A DNA stretch of 45,035 nt. It comes from Salpingoeca rosetta (lineage: Eukaryota; Protista; Choanoflagellata). The translations under genes were made by a program, and so were the position numbers. The notes under the pieces were generated by a model. The model made no database searches and was not told the origin of the DNA. It saw nothing but the letters and a program-made list of their open reading frames with translations. Location of the stretch: assembly GCA_033442325.1 (NCBI GenBank), contig JAWQFM010000020.1:154878-199912 (forward strand), in the 5' to 3' direction. Shown here one piece after another: positions 1 through 15,017 of the stretch. Position 1 is the first letter of the stretch; each line of letters opens with the position of its first letter.

Positions 1-2301
<2,301 letters not shown>

Positions 2302-2701
2302 GAATGAATGAATGATCGACTGCGCTGCTGTTTGCTTGGCTTCCTGTGCCTCGTTTGCCTCTTCCTTTGCCTCTTGCTTTTCTTGGCGCTTTTGCTTGGC
2401 AACTCAGCCGTCGTCGTCGTCGTCGCAGCTGCACAGCACGCCCAATCTGGCAGTGGGAGTTGTTACAACAGCAAGCAGCAAAGAGGGCAAAGGAAGGAGG
2501 ACGCTGCCCTTGTTATGGGTGGGTGGCGGCAGTGCTGTGAAAATGCGGACTTTTGCTTGCTCGATTTGCCAACAAACAACAACAGCAGAGCGAAACGTTC
2601 GTCGACAGTGCACACAACGCCCAACCAACCAAAAATAGAGGCACGCCAAAACAGGTCAGGACTTGAATTTTGCCGAGTCAGCAAATCCGTAGAAAGCAAC
2701 G

Positions 2702-2962
2702 ATGGGCGACACCACAAACAGGGGCCAAGATGAAGCAGCGGAAACGGCTGCGGCGGCCGAGGCAGTGGCTGACTGTATGCTGGACGTGAGCGTGGATGTG
2801 CCAGCGAATGCGGAGCGGGCCTTCAAGCTGTGGCTGGACCATGTGTGGCTTGGTGGTGGTGGTCTGGGCAAGCCTGCCATCCTGGAAGAAGGAGACACCA
2901 ACCACCATCGCCTTCACTGCGTGAGAAGGTGTGTGTGTGTGTAGATGTGTGTAAGAGACCTT

Positions 2963-2996
<34 letters not shown>

Positions 2997-3537
2997 GCTT
3001 TGTGTTGCTCCTCTGTCTTCGCTTCGCCATGCATTCATCCGACAACCTCGCCCCGCACGCTCTCTGTTTGCCTGATCTTTTTTTTCTCTCTCTCTCTTTC
3101 TTCAAACAGAGTTGCTGGCGGCGTGAAGGAGAAGATCACGGCGGTCGATCCGTTTGACGCCATCTCCTATCGCATCATCGGTGGCCCGTTCCCTGTTCGC
3201 TCACACCATGCCACCGTCCACTTTCGTGAAAAGGGCCCCAACGTACGTGTCAATGTTCACATGTGCGGCTCATGGGTGCTTGTGGACCCACAAGGCATCA
3301 GAGTGCTTGTGCTACAGAATTCCACACACACGCACACACACACGCACACACACACTCTCTCTCTCTCATACAATCACACACAATCACACACTTACACACG
3401 TGTAGGTGACAAATGTGCACTGGCACTGTGAGATGGACATTCCCTGGGGACTGCAATGGATTGTCACGGCCATCACTCGATTTGCATTCAATCGAATGCT
3501 CTCTGCTCTCGCAACGGCCGCAGCCACGTCCCCGTGA
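2702..3537 (+). CDS. SRPBCC/START-like (polyketide cyclase/dehydrase, Bet v1-like fold) small protein, ~163 aa
   Basis: Phase-consistent exons 2702-2928, 3110-3242, 3406-3537. Pattern VSVDVPANAERAFKLWLD...VKEKITAVDPFDAISYRIIGGPFPVRSHHATVHF...TNVHWHCEMD followed by a C-terminal helix is typical of SRPBCC proteins. Confidence 0.75.
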
Positions 3538-4093
3538 CACTGCACACACTGCACACACGCAAAAGAAGCAACTGACACTCATTTTTGTTACTCTCGCCCT
3601 CTTCCTTGCTCTCTCTCTCTCTCTCTCTGTCATCATCGTGTGTGTCCTTGTCTTTCTCCTTTTCGCCAACATCAACCGTCACAAAACAACATAGCAGGCA
3701 GTGAGTGCATCTCCTCTGCTTTCTCCGTTCGTGCTGCGCACTTGGTTGCGCTCGATCACAACTGTAATAAAGAACCTCATGCACGCGTGTCTTCTCTCAT
3801 GCTGAAAGTTCAATGAAAAGGTGCCACCCAAGCACAACACACTGAGAGGCCGAGATAGCTGACCCCACACGCACTCGTGTCGAATCCCACCACACATCAT
3901 GTCATGTCACGCACAAGCATACGAGGCACAGTCAGACACAAGTGAAACACATGCACTCAAACGCAAGCACACGATCACAATCACACACACACACCATCAC
4001 ACGCACACACCATCACACGCACACACCATCAAACGATAACACACACACACACACACACTCACAAACACATCACATCACACACGCACGCGTCGT

Positions 4094-4828
4094 TTAGTTG
4101 CCATGGGGCTTGATGTCCCTGAGCTCGGCCATGTTGAACGTCTTCTCTGTCCGTGTCTCCTCGTATCTAAACATCATGAGAGTATGGGTGAGCTTGAACG
4201 CCTCCATGTCACGGTCAGAGGCACATCTACAGCAGCCCAGAAAAAGCAAACCAATACAAAGCACGGAGACACACTCACACACACACACACACACAAAAAA
4301 AAAAAAAAAAAGGCGTGCATCCACACACACACGCATACACCCTCAACACGTAAGCACTCACTCACACACGCATACACACACAACACCTCCACAAGCTGTC
4401 ATACCTGTGGAAGGCGTAACCCAGCGCGAGGCCAGACACAGTGCACGCAGCAAGCATGCCAGGACCTGCACCATTTCACCACCACAAGGTTTGTGTTCGT
4501 TTGTGAGCAAAAATCGCCCACCAAGCGCGCGCACACACACACACACTTATTTACACACACACACACATACACACTCACACACAAACACACACATACACAC
4601 ACACACACACACAACACACAACACACACACACAAACACACACACACACACAGGCGAACACACAGACGAACACAAACACACACACACAGGCGAACACACAG
4701 ACGAACACACAAAATCTCTCTCTCTCTCTCAACTCACTGGCGAGCACAGGGCGTCTGCGAACGGCGTTGGCATACACGCCTGTGAACACGCCGCCTGCGG
4801 TGAAGTACACGATGCTTCCCAGGCCCAT
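4094..4828 (-). CDS. NDUFC2: NADH:ubiquinone oxidoreductase subunit C2 (B14.5b)-like, 94 aa
   Basis: Exons 4828-4738, 4465-4405, 4226-4094 (285 nt). Protein MGLGSIVYFTAGGVFTGVYANAVRRRPVLASPGMLAACTVSGLALGYAFHRCASDRDMEAFKLTH... has two hydrophobic helices separated by NxxRRRP and followed by DRDM, as in NDUFC2 (NLIRRRPIA...RDREM). Confidence 0.72.
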
Positions 4829-4974
4829 CTCGACGGTAATGTGTTGCTTGGTGTTGTGTGCTCGGTGTGGTGGCTGTTGTCTTCGTCGTGTGTGTGTGGA
4901 GAGTGCGAACGTCAATTTTGACTTGACGCTCAAAAGCAAAAATTGCCTTTGCTGCGCGAAGGACCTCTGAAGAG
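4829..4974. promoter_or_regulatory. Probable compact bidirectional promoter (NDUFC2-like / TPR gene)
   Basis: Divergent start codons only 146 bp apart. Inferred from gene geometry; no specific motif identified. Confidence 0.45.
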
Positions 4975-7561
4975 ATGTTTGCGTGCTGCAGAAGAGGGGG
5001 AAGATCTTCACCACCCGCTTCTTCTTGTCCTTCTTCAACCTCGTCTTCAGCGGTAGTGGATCCGCCCACCCCTGACCAGACGACAGTGGAAGCAACAGCG
5101 GAAGAGATAAGAACAACCAAGATCGGAGAACAAGGCGCAATCAACGACGAAGGTGCCAACGACAACAATAACCACAACAACTTAAACAACAACTTAAACA
5201 GCAACTTAAACAGCAACTTAGACAACTCCGAGGGCGTCATGGACTTGCCAACGCAACAGGGTCAACCTGCGCAGACAACTCAAGCACCCCAACCAGCACC
5301 GCCTCCGCCACCACCACCGCCACCGCCGCCGTACTACACTCCGCCAGCTCCGCCACCGCCACCCCTGCCCCCACAACAACAACAACAACAACAACAACGC
5401 CAGCCTCCATTTCGATCCAACACAGCCAATGCAAGCGTGCCTTCTTCCCAAGCAGAGGCAGAAGAGGCAGCAATGAGCTTGTTGGGCGTGTCTTCGGCCG
5501 GGTTACAGCAGTTCAAGGACTCCCTTGTCGCGCAGTTCCCAGACACGGCTGGCAAAATGACCACCCACGATGCCTGCAAGAACTTTGTCATGCCTAAGAC
5601 CAAGGAGCAGTGCTGCGCCTACGTGGAGCGGATGGACCCCAACCATGTGGCCAAAGCAACCGTGTTTGTCTCCCACGCTTGGCGATACAAGATCGTCGAC
5701 GTCCTCGACACTTTACTCGACTATGCCAAGGAAGAACACCAAAAGGGCAACCCAGAGCCTTGGTTCTGGTTCGATCTCTTCACCAACAACCAAAACATCG
5801 CCGCCAACCTCCCACAAGACTGGTACGATAGATGCCTGTGTGTGGGCATGTACGTGTGTGAGTACATGTGCGTGTACCTGTGAGGAAAGGCAATGCTGCT
5901 CGCTGCAATAGGATCTCTCCTCAGTGTCCATCTGCCGGCTACAACACTCACTCGCACACACACACACACACTCACTCACTCACTCACTCACTCCGCACAC
6001 TCGCTCGCACACTCACACACACACGCACTCACACACACACTCACACACACACACACACTCTCTCTCTCTCCGCACACTCACACACACGCACTCACTCACT
6101 CACTCTGCCCACACACGCACTCACTCACTCGCACACACACACACGCACTCACTCACTCACTCACTCACTCACTCTCACACATCTAGGTGGAGCACGACGT
6201 TTATGAAGTCAATCAAAGCGATTGGCCGCGTGCTGTTGGTGTTGACACCGTGGCACGACCCCGTGCCGCTCACACGCGCATGGTGCCTGTGGGAGATCTT
6301 CTGCAGTGCGAGCCAGGAGGGGGTGGAGCTGGCCATTCGGCTGCCCAGTGCGCAGCGCAACGCATTGCGACACGCGCTCCTTAACGAACACAACGCCATC
6401 ACCGCAGCCATGGTGCGTGTCCAAGCTGAACGGGCCCAGGCCTGGGACCAAAAGGACAAGAACATGATCTTCCGTGCCATCAAGAACACAGTGGGCTTCC
6501 CGCACCTCAACAGGATGGTGAAGGACCGCATGCGACAGTGGTGTTTGGAGCAGGTGATGCAGTTTGTACACGATGTCGAACAGGCCATGCACAACCCCAG
6601 TGACAGCAACACCACCACCGACACGACCACACCGACCACCAGCAACGACAGCAGCACACCCACTGCCAGGGGCCTCACGCGTCTGCTCGGCGACCTATGC
6701 TTTCGGGCAAGCCAGGTGATGTGCACCTTTGGCGAGAACGACAAGGCCATCGACCTGTGTGAGAAGAGCCTGGCTGCCACGCGTGCGCACTACGGTGACA
6801 CACACCCGAACGTCGCTTCGTGTTATTCGCAGCTGGGAGCTGTACTGCATCGCGTAGGCAAGATCGAGCGAGCCCTTGAGTGCTGTCAGCGCAGCACGCA
6901 CATGTATGAGGAGACCAACACCGACAACAGCCTCTCAGCAGCCAACGCCTACTCCACGCTCGGCGACACGTACCAGCGGCTCAACGACCTGGACAAGGCC
7001 TTGGACGCGTACAAGCGCTCGTTGCAGATCAAGGTGGACGCGGCGGGCCCACGCCACGCGTCCACCGCGCTCGCATACAACTCGCTCGGGCAGGTGTACA
7101 AGGCCAAGGGCGACGGGGACGAGGCGATTGCGCACTTTGAGAAGGCGTTGGAGATCAGGCTGGCCACCGTGGGGAAGAACCACCCGGAAACAGCCATCAC
7201 CTACAACGACATTGCAAACGCGTATTCTGCCAAGGGCGACCGAGAGCGCGCCATCGATTACTTGCACAGGAGCTTGGAGATCAAGGTGTGCACGCTTGGG
7301 GAGAAGCATGCCGAGACAGCTGCCACATACAACAACATCGCCATTGCGTACAGCAAGATGGGCGAACACGACAAGGCGGTGACAAACGCCCGCAAGACGG
7401 TTGAGATTTGCATGGCTGCAGTTGGTCCAAAACACCCGCACACACAGCTGGCTTTGAAGACGCAGAAGTGGGTGCAAGACAGGAAGCACCAACAACAAGA
7501 ACAACAAGAACTACAACCACCACCGCCGCCTCCGCCGCCTCCGCCGCCTCCACCACAATAG
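4975..7561 (+). CDS. TPR-repeat protein (kinesin-light-chain-type TPRs) with an N-terminal HET/TIR-like alpha/beta domain; choanoflagellate 'Mbre TPR' type
   Basis: Exons 4975-5822 and 6187-7561 (junction QDW|WSTTF). Motifs [18 protein letters not shown] and [11 protein letters not shown], then about six 42-aa repeats ([57 protein letters not shown]). Poly-Pro and poly-Gln linkers. Confidence 0.85.
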
Positions 7562-7566
7562 GCTTG

Positions 7567-7568
<2 letters not shown>

Positions 7569-7605
<37 letters not shown>

Positions 7606-7905
7606 TTTGTGTGTGTGTGTGTGTGTCTTTGTGTGTGTGTGTGTGTGTGTGTGTGTCTTTGTCTGTATCTGTGTGTGTGTGTGTGTCTTTGTGTGTGTGT
7701 GTGTGTGTGTGTGTCTTTGTGTGTGTGTGTGTGTGTGTCTTTGTCTGTATCTGTGTGTGTGTGTGTGTCTTTGTCTGTATCTGTGTGTGTGTGTGTCTTT
7801 GTGTGTGTGTGTGTGTGTCTTTGTGTGTGTTGTGTGTCTTTGTCTGTATCTGTGTGTGTGTGTGTTTGCCTTTGTCTGTGTCTGTGTGTTTGTCTGTGTC
7901 TGTGT
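7569..7905. repeat. Compound (TG)n microsatellite with interspersed TCTTTG/TCTGTATC units, immediately after the TPR gene stop
   Basis: Directly visible. Confidence 0.9.
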
Positions 7906-8088
7906 GATTTGGAGTCTTGTGTCGCTGTTCAACGCTTACAGCCATCTCTTGTTTGTTGAGGAGTAGTTTCCTTGAATCAAATTGAACAAATAAAAGAGAC
8001 AACGAGCGAGAGTTGTGGTATGGTGTGAAAGAAGCATGCATGTTGTCGAAAGCACGCGACACAACTCACCCCAATCGTCTCCATATAA

Positions 8089-8131
<43 letters not shown>

Positions 8132-8158
8132 CAAAAAGCAAGAAAACATGTTGCGTTA

Positions 8159-10195
8159 TTAGAGCATGCGGGCGCACGTGGCGTGGTTGGTGGAGTAGGA
8201 AAAAGCCGCCACCTCCATAAGCGAAACCCCGCCCTCATACAGCCCAGCCACCTTCTCTGCAGAGGCATCCACGGCCCACGTGTTGAGGATGGCCTTGAGT
8301 TGTGCGTCCCCTGCAGATGGCGTGTGCACCTGCTGACTGCCAACACGCGCTGCGCTCGGCCGCCGCCAAACCAGCCGCCCGTCAACAACAAAATCCACGC
8401 CATCCTCCGTCCACAGGAACCCATATGTGTGGAACTCGTACGTGGCGTCAAAGCCAAGGTTCACCACGTGCTGCGCAGCCAACTGCCCGTTGGTCCAGAT
8501 GATGAGATACAGCCGCGTCGTGTCTGCGCCACGAAACTGCAGACTAATCTCGTTGTGCTCGCCGTTCCCGCCGTTGTCCAGCGCGCCGCTAAACGCCTGG
8601 AACGACGCAACAACGCCAGGGGTGCGACCGGGTCGAAGCACAGACCGGTAGCAGCCGTACCCCAAAAACTCCTGCGTGCGCACCTCCCCAGCGCCGCACG
8701 CATAGCGCGTGTGCGCAGAGGGACCGACGCTCAGCTCAAGGTTGCGGTGCGGCTCGGAGGACACTTTGGTCCCTTCAAATGGACACGCGTACGGAGAGCC
8801 ATTGGCCCAATTGGCCACCTCCCACACAGCGGGATCAAGGCCGTGCACAGGAAACGAAATGGTCGTGGTCGTCGTCGTTGCCTGGCTCGGCACATCACGT
8901 CGCTGCTGTGCATCCACACGTGCTGTCGGGGCTGCATGCAGCACAGTGCCATCATCGCTCCACCGACCACCACCACCACCTCCTCCTCGCCGATCAGCGC
9001 CACCCGCCCGCGCTGACTGCTGCTGCTGCTGCTGCTCGCGTTGGTGCTGCGCATTCTGCGTGAGCGAAGGGCTGTCATCTGGCCGCGTAGATGGCATTCC
9101 ACGTGACTGCTGCTGCTGCTGCTGTTGTTGTGGTGGTGCTTGTGTGCGTGGTGGTGGAAGCGCTGTGTCACGCTGATACTCGTGCTGATGTTGCTGCTGA
9201 TATTGTGGCTGCTGCACAACAGGCGGCGGGGAGAACGTGTCGCTAGGTGGTTCGGGCGCATCCATTGTTGCGGTGTAGGCGGTTACGGGCGGCGGAGTTG
9301 GTGGTGAAGAACTTGAACCGGAGTTCGTTGCCGTGGTTATTGGTACCTCTTCACCTGTCGTCCCACCCTCAGTGCTGGGACCACCACTACCACCAACAAC
9401 ACCACCGTCGGATGCACTACCTGCACTTGCATCGTGGAGCGTCTCGGACGTAAGTGGGGTGGACAGCGGGTCCAGCAGTGTGGCGTTACCGTCCACCGTC
9501 TCGGTCTCGTTGATGTCAAACACTTTGTCCAGGTCCAGGCCACGGTACCGCTTGCTTGAGTTTGGCATCATGATAATGTCAGAGTCGAAGAACGCCGCCG
9601 CCACAATGTACGACACCGCCACGGCGATGGTGGCTGCGACGAGAAAGTGGCTGAGGTTAATGTGGCCCGAGGTGAAGAGGCTGTAGACGTTGGCTGGACG
9701 CGATGCCCGCAACTGCTGCAGTCGAATCTGCGCCTGAAGACGTCGGCGCTCGTCAGCGATACGCGATTGTGACGTGTCCTCGGACGCAACTGCACTCGCA
9801 CGTGAGGAAGGGGGGGGGGTTGAATGTGGCGTGTTGTACGTTGTGTGTTTTGGTTGTGAAGGTGAGCGGTGCTGGTCAAAGGATAAAGGGGGAGGAGTAG
9901 GCAGTAGTAAATGGTGTGGCAATTGTCATAGAACAACAACAACAACAACTTAAACAACAACTTAAACAACAAAAACAAATTAAAAACAAAAACAACTTAA
10001 ACAACTTAAACAACAACTTAAACAACTTAAACAACAACTTAAACAACAACTTAAACAACAACAAGACGCGCACCTTCGTCCTGCGGGGCAAACGAGACGG
10101 ATCTGCCAGTCTCCCGGGCAATGACGCCCTTGCGCAGCGGTGTGGGCACCGGGTCTTCATCGCCATCAAGCTCCTCTTCGAAATCGAGCCCTTCT

Positions 10196-10230
<35 letters not shown>

Positions 10231-11355
10231 TTCTTCGTCTGCTTCCTCCGCCCCCTCCTCCTGAGTTTCTCGGGCCCTGGCGTCGGCGCCCTCGTCCTCC
10301 CCCGTGTTTCCAGCACCGTTGTGTGCTGTAGATGCGTCTGTATCGACCGGTGCGCTCGCCTGCTCATCAGTCTCCTCATCAACGGCTTCTTCAATGGCAT
10401 TCATTGCGGGCTCCTGCTGCCGCTGTTTCTGTTGCTGTTGTTGTGCTACTGCTGGTGCCGGTGCTGGTGCCGTTGGTGCTGCTGGTCGCGGCGACGACTG
10501 GTTGGACTTGGACCGGAATGACGATGACGACACTGCGCTTGCGTTTGGACTGCGTGCAGGCGTGCCCATGCGCGATCCTACCGCTGACGATGATGGTGTT
10601 GCTGCTGTGCGCGGTGCCACACCCTGCCGTGGCGTGGACGTGGACATACCACCACCAGCAGCAGCAGCGCCGGTCGAGCTGATGTTGAGGCCTTTGCTGC
10701 CGCTGAGACTGGTGTCGTTCATGTGGCCCCACGTGTCGTTGCGCACAGACAGAATCTGCTCGTAAAAGTTGCCCGCATCAACCGTACCCCAGAACCTGGG
10801 GATGCCAACAAATTGCAGCGGTGGTCGTGGTGATGGGTGGTGTTGGTGAGAATAAGTGGTGTCAAAGGTAAGGGGATGTATGGTTGAATGTGTGGCAGAC
10901 CATGAGAAGTGTGGGTGTGGGTGAAGGGGGGGAGGGGGTGGCGGGTGGCGGAGGAAGTGCAAGTGACAACTTGGTTTGGGGATGGGTGCCACACTACTCA
11001 CTTCTCCATGGCGTCTCTGGTGGCGAGTGTTGGGGCAACCTCGGCCGGGACCTTGCAGGCAATGAACTTGAACTTGTCGTCCTTCCGTCGCTGCTGCTGT
11101 TCCTCCGACACGGGCTTGCGGTGGATGGTCACCGTGATGCTCTCCCCTGCACGTGCATCGTGTAAGGTCGTGGGTGCAGTGTGAACGCGTGCACATGTGT
11201 ATAGATGACGATGATGCACAGATGCGTGCATGTGATGTGTGTGATGTGTGTGAAGAAACAAATATATTGCACGCGTGCTCGTGTGCGTGTGCAACCCGGC
11301 GGGCGACCAACTGCAGGTGAGACAGGACGCGTGGAAGTGCAATTTCGGACAACTT

Positions 11356-11421
<66 letters not shown>

Positions 11422-11779
11422 CCTTTTATACCAATGGCAAGGGCTGACCTGTTGGGATGACGGTGAGCTTTGGCTTGACGCGGTAGCGGTCGGAAGATGT
11501 CGTGCGCACACGATAGATGATGGTGCTGTCGCATGTGTTGCTGATCTCAACCATCTCAACAGCATCCTTCTCCAGACTGCCCGAAAACACAATCTGCCAA
11601 AGACGGATACGTGTGTGTTGTGAGAGAGCGCTCATACAAATGCCACTTGCGTGCGTGTGTGTCTGCAGCATTGGTTCCATGATGTCACAGCTGACACGAA
11701 TTCAGAGAAATGCGAATTCTCTCCAACACGCCAAGCGGGCACCCATGCGCAACCACCCAAACACCCACACACACACACA

Positions 11780-11822
<43 letters not shown>

Positions 11823-11920
11823 TACACACACACATCACACATTATACACACACACACATCACACATTATACACACACACACATCACACATTATACACCCA
11901 CACCCACACACACACCCACA

Positions 11921-11998
<78 letters not shown>

Positions 11999-12789
11999 TT
12001 GCACACTCGCTCGTGGCCAGCGCACCTCCCATTCCGGGTTGAGCTTGAAGAGACGGAAGCTGTCAAAGTCGTACATGCCGAGCTCATCCACCTCGTCCAT
12101 CGTTGCAACGCTCTCCACATCCATCCACATCTCCGACGGCGGGCCGCCTGGGAAGCCGCGTAGGTGTGTGTATGTGTGTGCGTGCGTGTGCGTTGTGTTT
12201 GGTGATGCAAGGGTCACTATGAGTGAGGAGGTGTTTGGCGTTGTTGTTGTTGTTCGCAAGCATGACCAAGGAGACAAGTGCCAAACTCGAATATCTGCAC
12301 CCAACAACTACACACACACATACACATGCCGCAATCACTTGTGGGACGAGTATTGATTCAGCACGATGCAACTCACTTGCGAGTGTTTTGCTCCACTCAG
12401 CAACCTTCTGCTTTGAGAAGCTCCGGCGTGCTTGAGCGCGTGCCGAGACTACAGCGAGTGAGGAAGGGAGAAGAGGAAGAAAAACGTGGTGGTGGTGGTG
12501 GTGGTGGCCGTGGTGGTGGTGCAGCAGCAAGGGACAGGGAGGACAAGGCGACAACAAGTGGCGGGTGCACCAGCAGAACGTCATACACGTACACACTCAT
12601 AGACAAACGACCAACAATATCAAATGGCTTATACACACAACTCACCCTTTTCTGAGCCTGTGCAAGGATTGGCATCATTGCATGGTTCAAGAGACAGAGC
12701 GCGTGCATTGTATGTGTGTGTGAGTTGGCGAGCGATGAATGTAATAAAGGGATGATCGCTATGCACGTGCACGTTAAGAATTAAGAGGG

Positions 12790-12848
<59 letters not shown>

Positions 12849-13224
12849 AAGGACTTACGCAGCTGCAAGAGAGGGGGCGGTGTGTCTGGTGCGGAGGGAA
12901 GCTTGCGACTTGGCGTCTTGCCTGTATTGTAAAGCATGAATCAGATGAGCATGGTAGAAATGGCACATTCCTGACCTTCCTTGTGTTACCTGCATACACG
13001 CACACGCACGAATGCAAGTAGACACCGCTTGTCCAACAAACAGCCTTGTGTGGACTCACTGGCTTCGTTCGGCGACCCAAAGTGCTCGTCAGCGTGCGTG
13101 CTGCGTCCCTGCACGTTTGATAGCGGGCTGCGTGGCGGTGCCCGGCTCTCTGGCGCTGGTCGTGCACGTGGTGCAAATGCGAGGGTGGCGTGGGATGGCA
13201 TGGGGTTGGTGAGTACATGTGATC

Positions 13225-13300
<76 letters not shown>

Positions 13301-14937
13301 CTGTTTGCTTGTATCAATGTGCGCGATCAAGTGTGTCTTGTCCGTGCGCGTTGAGGATTGAATGCATATGCGCGCGAGCATTCGCTCTGCAAATCCTTCA
13401 TTGGCTCGTGTAGACAAGCACGTGTCCGCTTACGCTTCAGGTGGCCCTTGTGGTTATCGAGGCGGTTGTTGACGTCAATGTACGTGTCCAGTTCCTCCAC
13501 ATTCACCTGCGCAAATGCCTCCAGCTCCTGAACCAGTGGATGTGGATGCGACGCGTTGCATGTGAGATGCAAATGAAGTGCGCGCTCACAACCTCACCGA
13601 ACGCTCTCTCTCTCTCTCTCTTGCAGGGAATTGGACCATGCAACCATACACACAACACGCACACAACACACGCACACAACACACACATACACATACGACA
13701 CACACACACAACAGGCACACACACATACACATATGACACACACGCACACACACAACACGAACCAGTTCTGTGAGCCAGTGCTTGACGAGGTCCCAGAGGC
13801 CACTCGTGAACCATGGTTTCTCCAGCAGCAGCATCAGCCCAAGCACACCGGGGTAAAAATCGCGGAAGATATCAACAAGAAACCGGAAGTACTCCACGTC
13901 GATGTTTGCAGGGCCTGCAGCGGTGGTGGTGGCGGCGGCAGGTTGGCTCGGAGAAGAAGAAGAGCACCCGATACACAAGACGGACGAAATAATTGACACA
14001 CGCACACATACAGTACTTGAACACAAACTTGAACACATTCATGAACACATCCACGAACGCACGCACACACACACACATGTGTCACCGGCACTTACCGCAG
14101 CCCTCCATGTCGACAACGATGGTGATTTCCTCCGGTTCTCCACGGGCACGCAGCGCCTGCAACTGCTCCTCAATCACCAAGATGGTGAGCGCCTTCATGG
14201 AGGCGAGGCGGTGCGAGTCGCCCTTTTGGTGGCGGGCCATGCGCAGCGTGCCGACGGGGCGGCCGTCACGGTCCCGGCCCAGGAAGAAGAACGCGTTGGC
14301 GGCAAGCACGCTGTCGTCCACAATGCTGCGGTTGAGTGTCGACACAAACTGCTTGCGCCACCGCAGGCACCGCTCGAGCATGGCAAACGCCTCGGAGCGC
14401 TGCATGCTCTTGGCCAGGACAAACGAGGCCACATACTCCGGGTCGTTGCGAACGCGGTCGACATCTTGCGGGTCGTACCGCGCCTGCATCTTGCTGGACA
14501 GCGCTGTGGACCACCCCCATGGTTGAGAGACGCGAAAGGTACACGCACAACAACCGTGCATGTTTGACGGTGAGTGTTGTGGCATTGACTGACCGTCTTC
14601 GCTCATCAGCCATTTGGGCGGGAATCGACATGCCCAACATTGCGTACACACACGCACGCACGCACAAACAAACAAACAAACAAACAAACAAACAAACAAA
14701 CAAACAAACAAACAAACAAACAAACAAACAAACAAACAAACAAACAAACACATGCGTACCTTCATAAGTGGAGAGGAACTTCTTTTGAATCCATGTGATG
14801 GATTCGTGTTCGACCTGCTCAACACCAGCCGGGATGAGGCGCGGGCGGGGATAAACGGGCACAAGACGGTGTGAGTCAAAGTGGGGGAGAAGGAGAAAGA
14901 GGACGAGAGGGGAAAGGGTGAGACGACGTGACCGAGT

Positions 14938-15017
<80 letters not shown>

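Noticed and set aside
8015-9016. 333-aa + strand ORF
   Set aside because: It is the antisense shadow of the GC-rich GH16 exon and has no recognisable motifs.
8159-9922. GH16 ORF as an independent gene starting at 9922
   Set aside because: That start is a TTG within repeat-adjacent intron-like sequence, and the first ATG lies after the TM helix. A phase-matched splice from the MSP exon explains the ORF better, though this is not proven.
11820-11900. Short degenerate tandem repeats (also 3985-4030, 28825-28920, 30370-30470)
   Set aside because: They are microsatellite-derived slippage units in introns or intergenic DNA, with no evidence of function.
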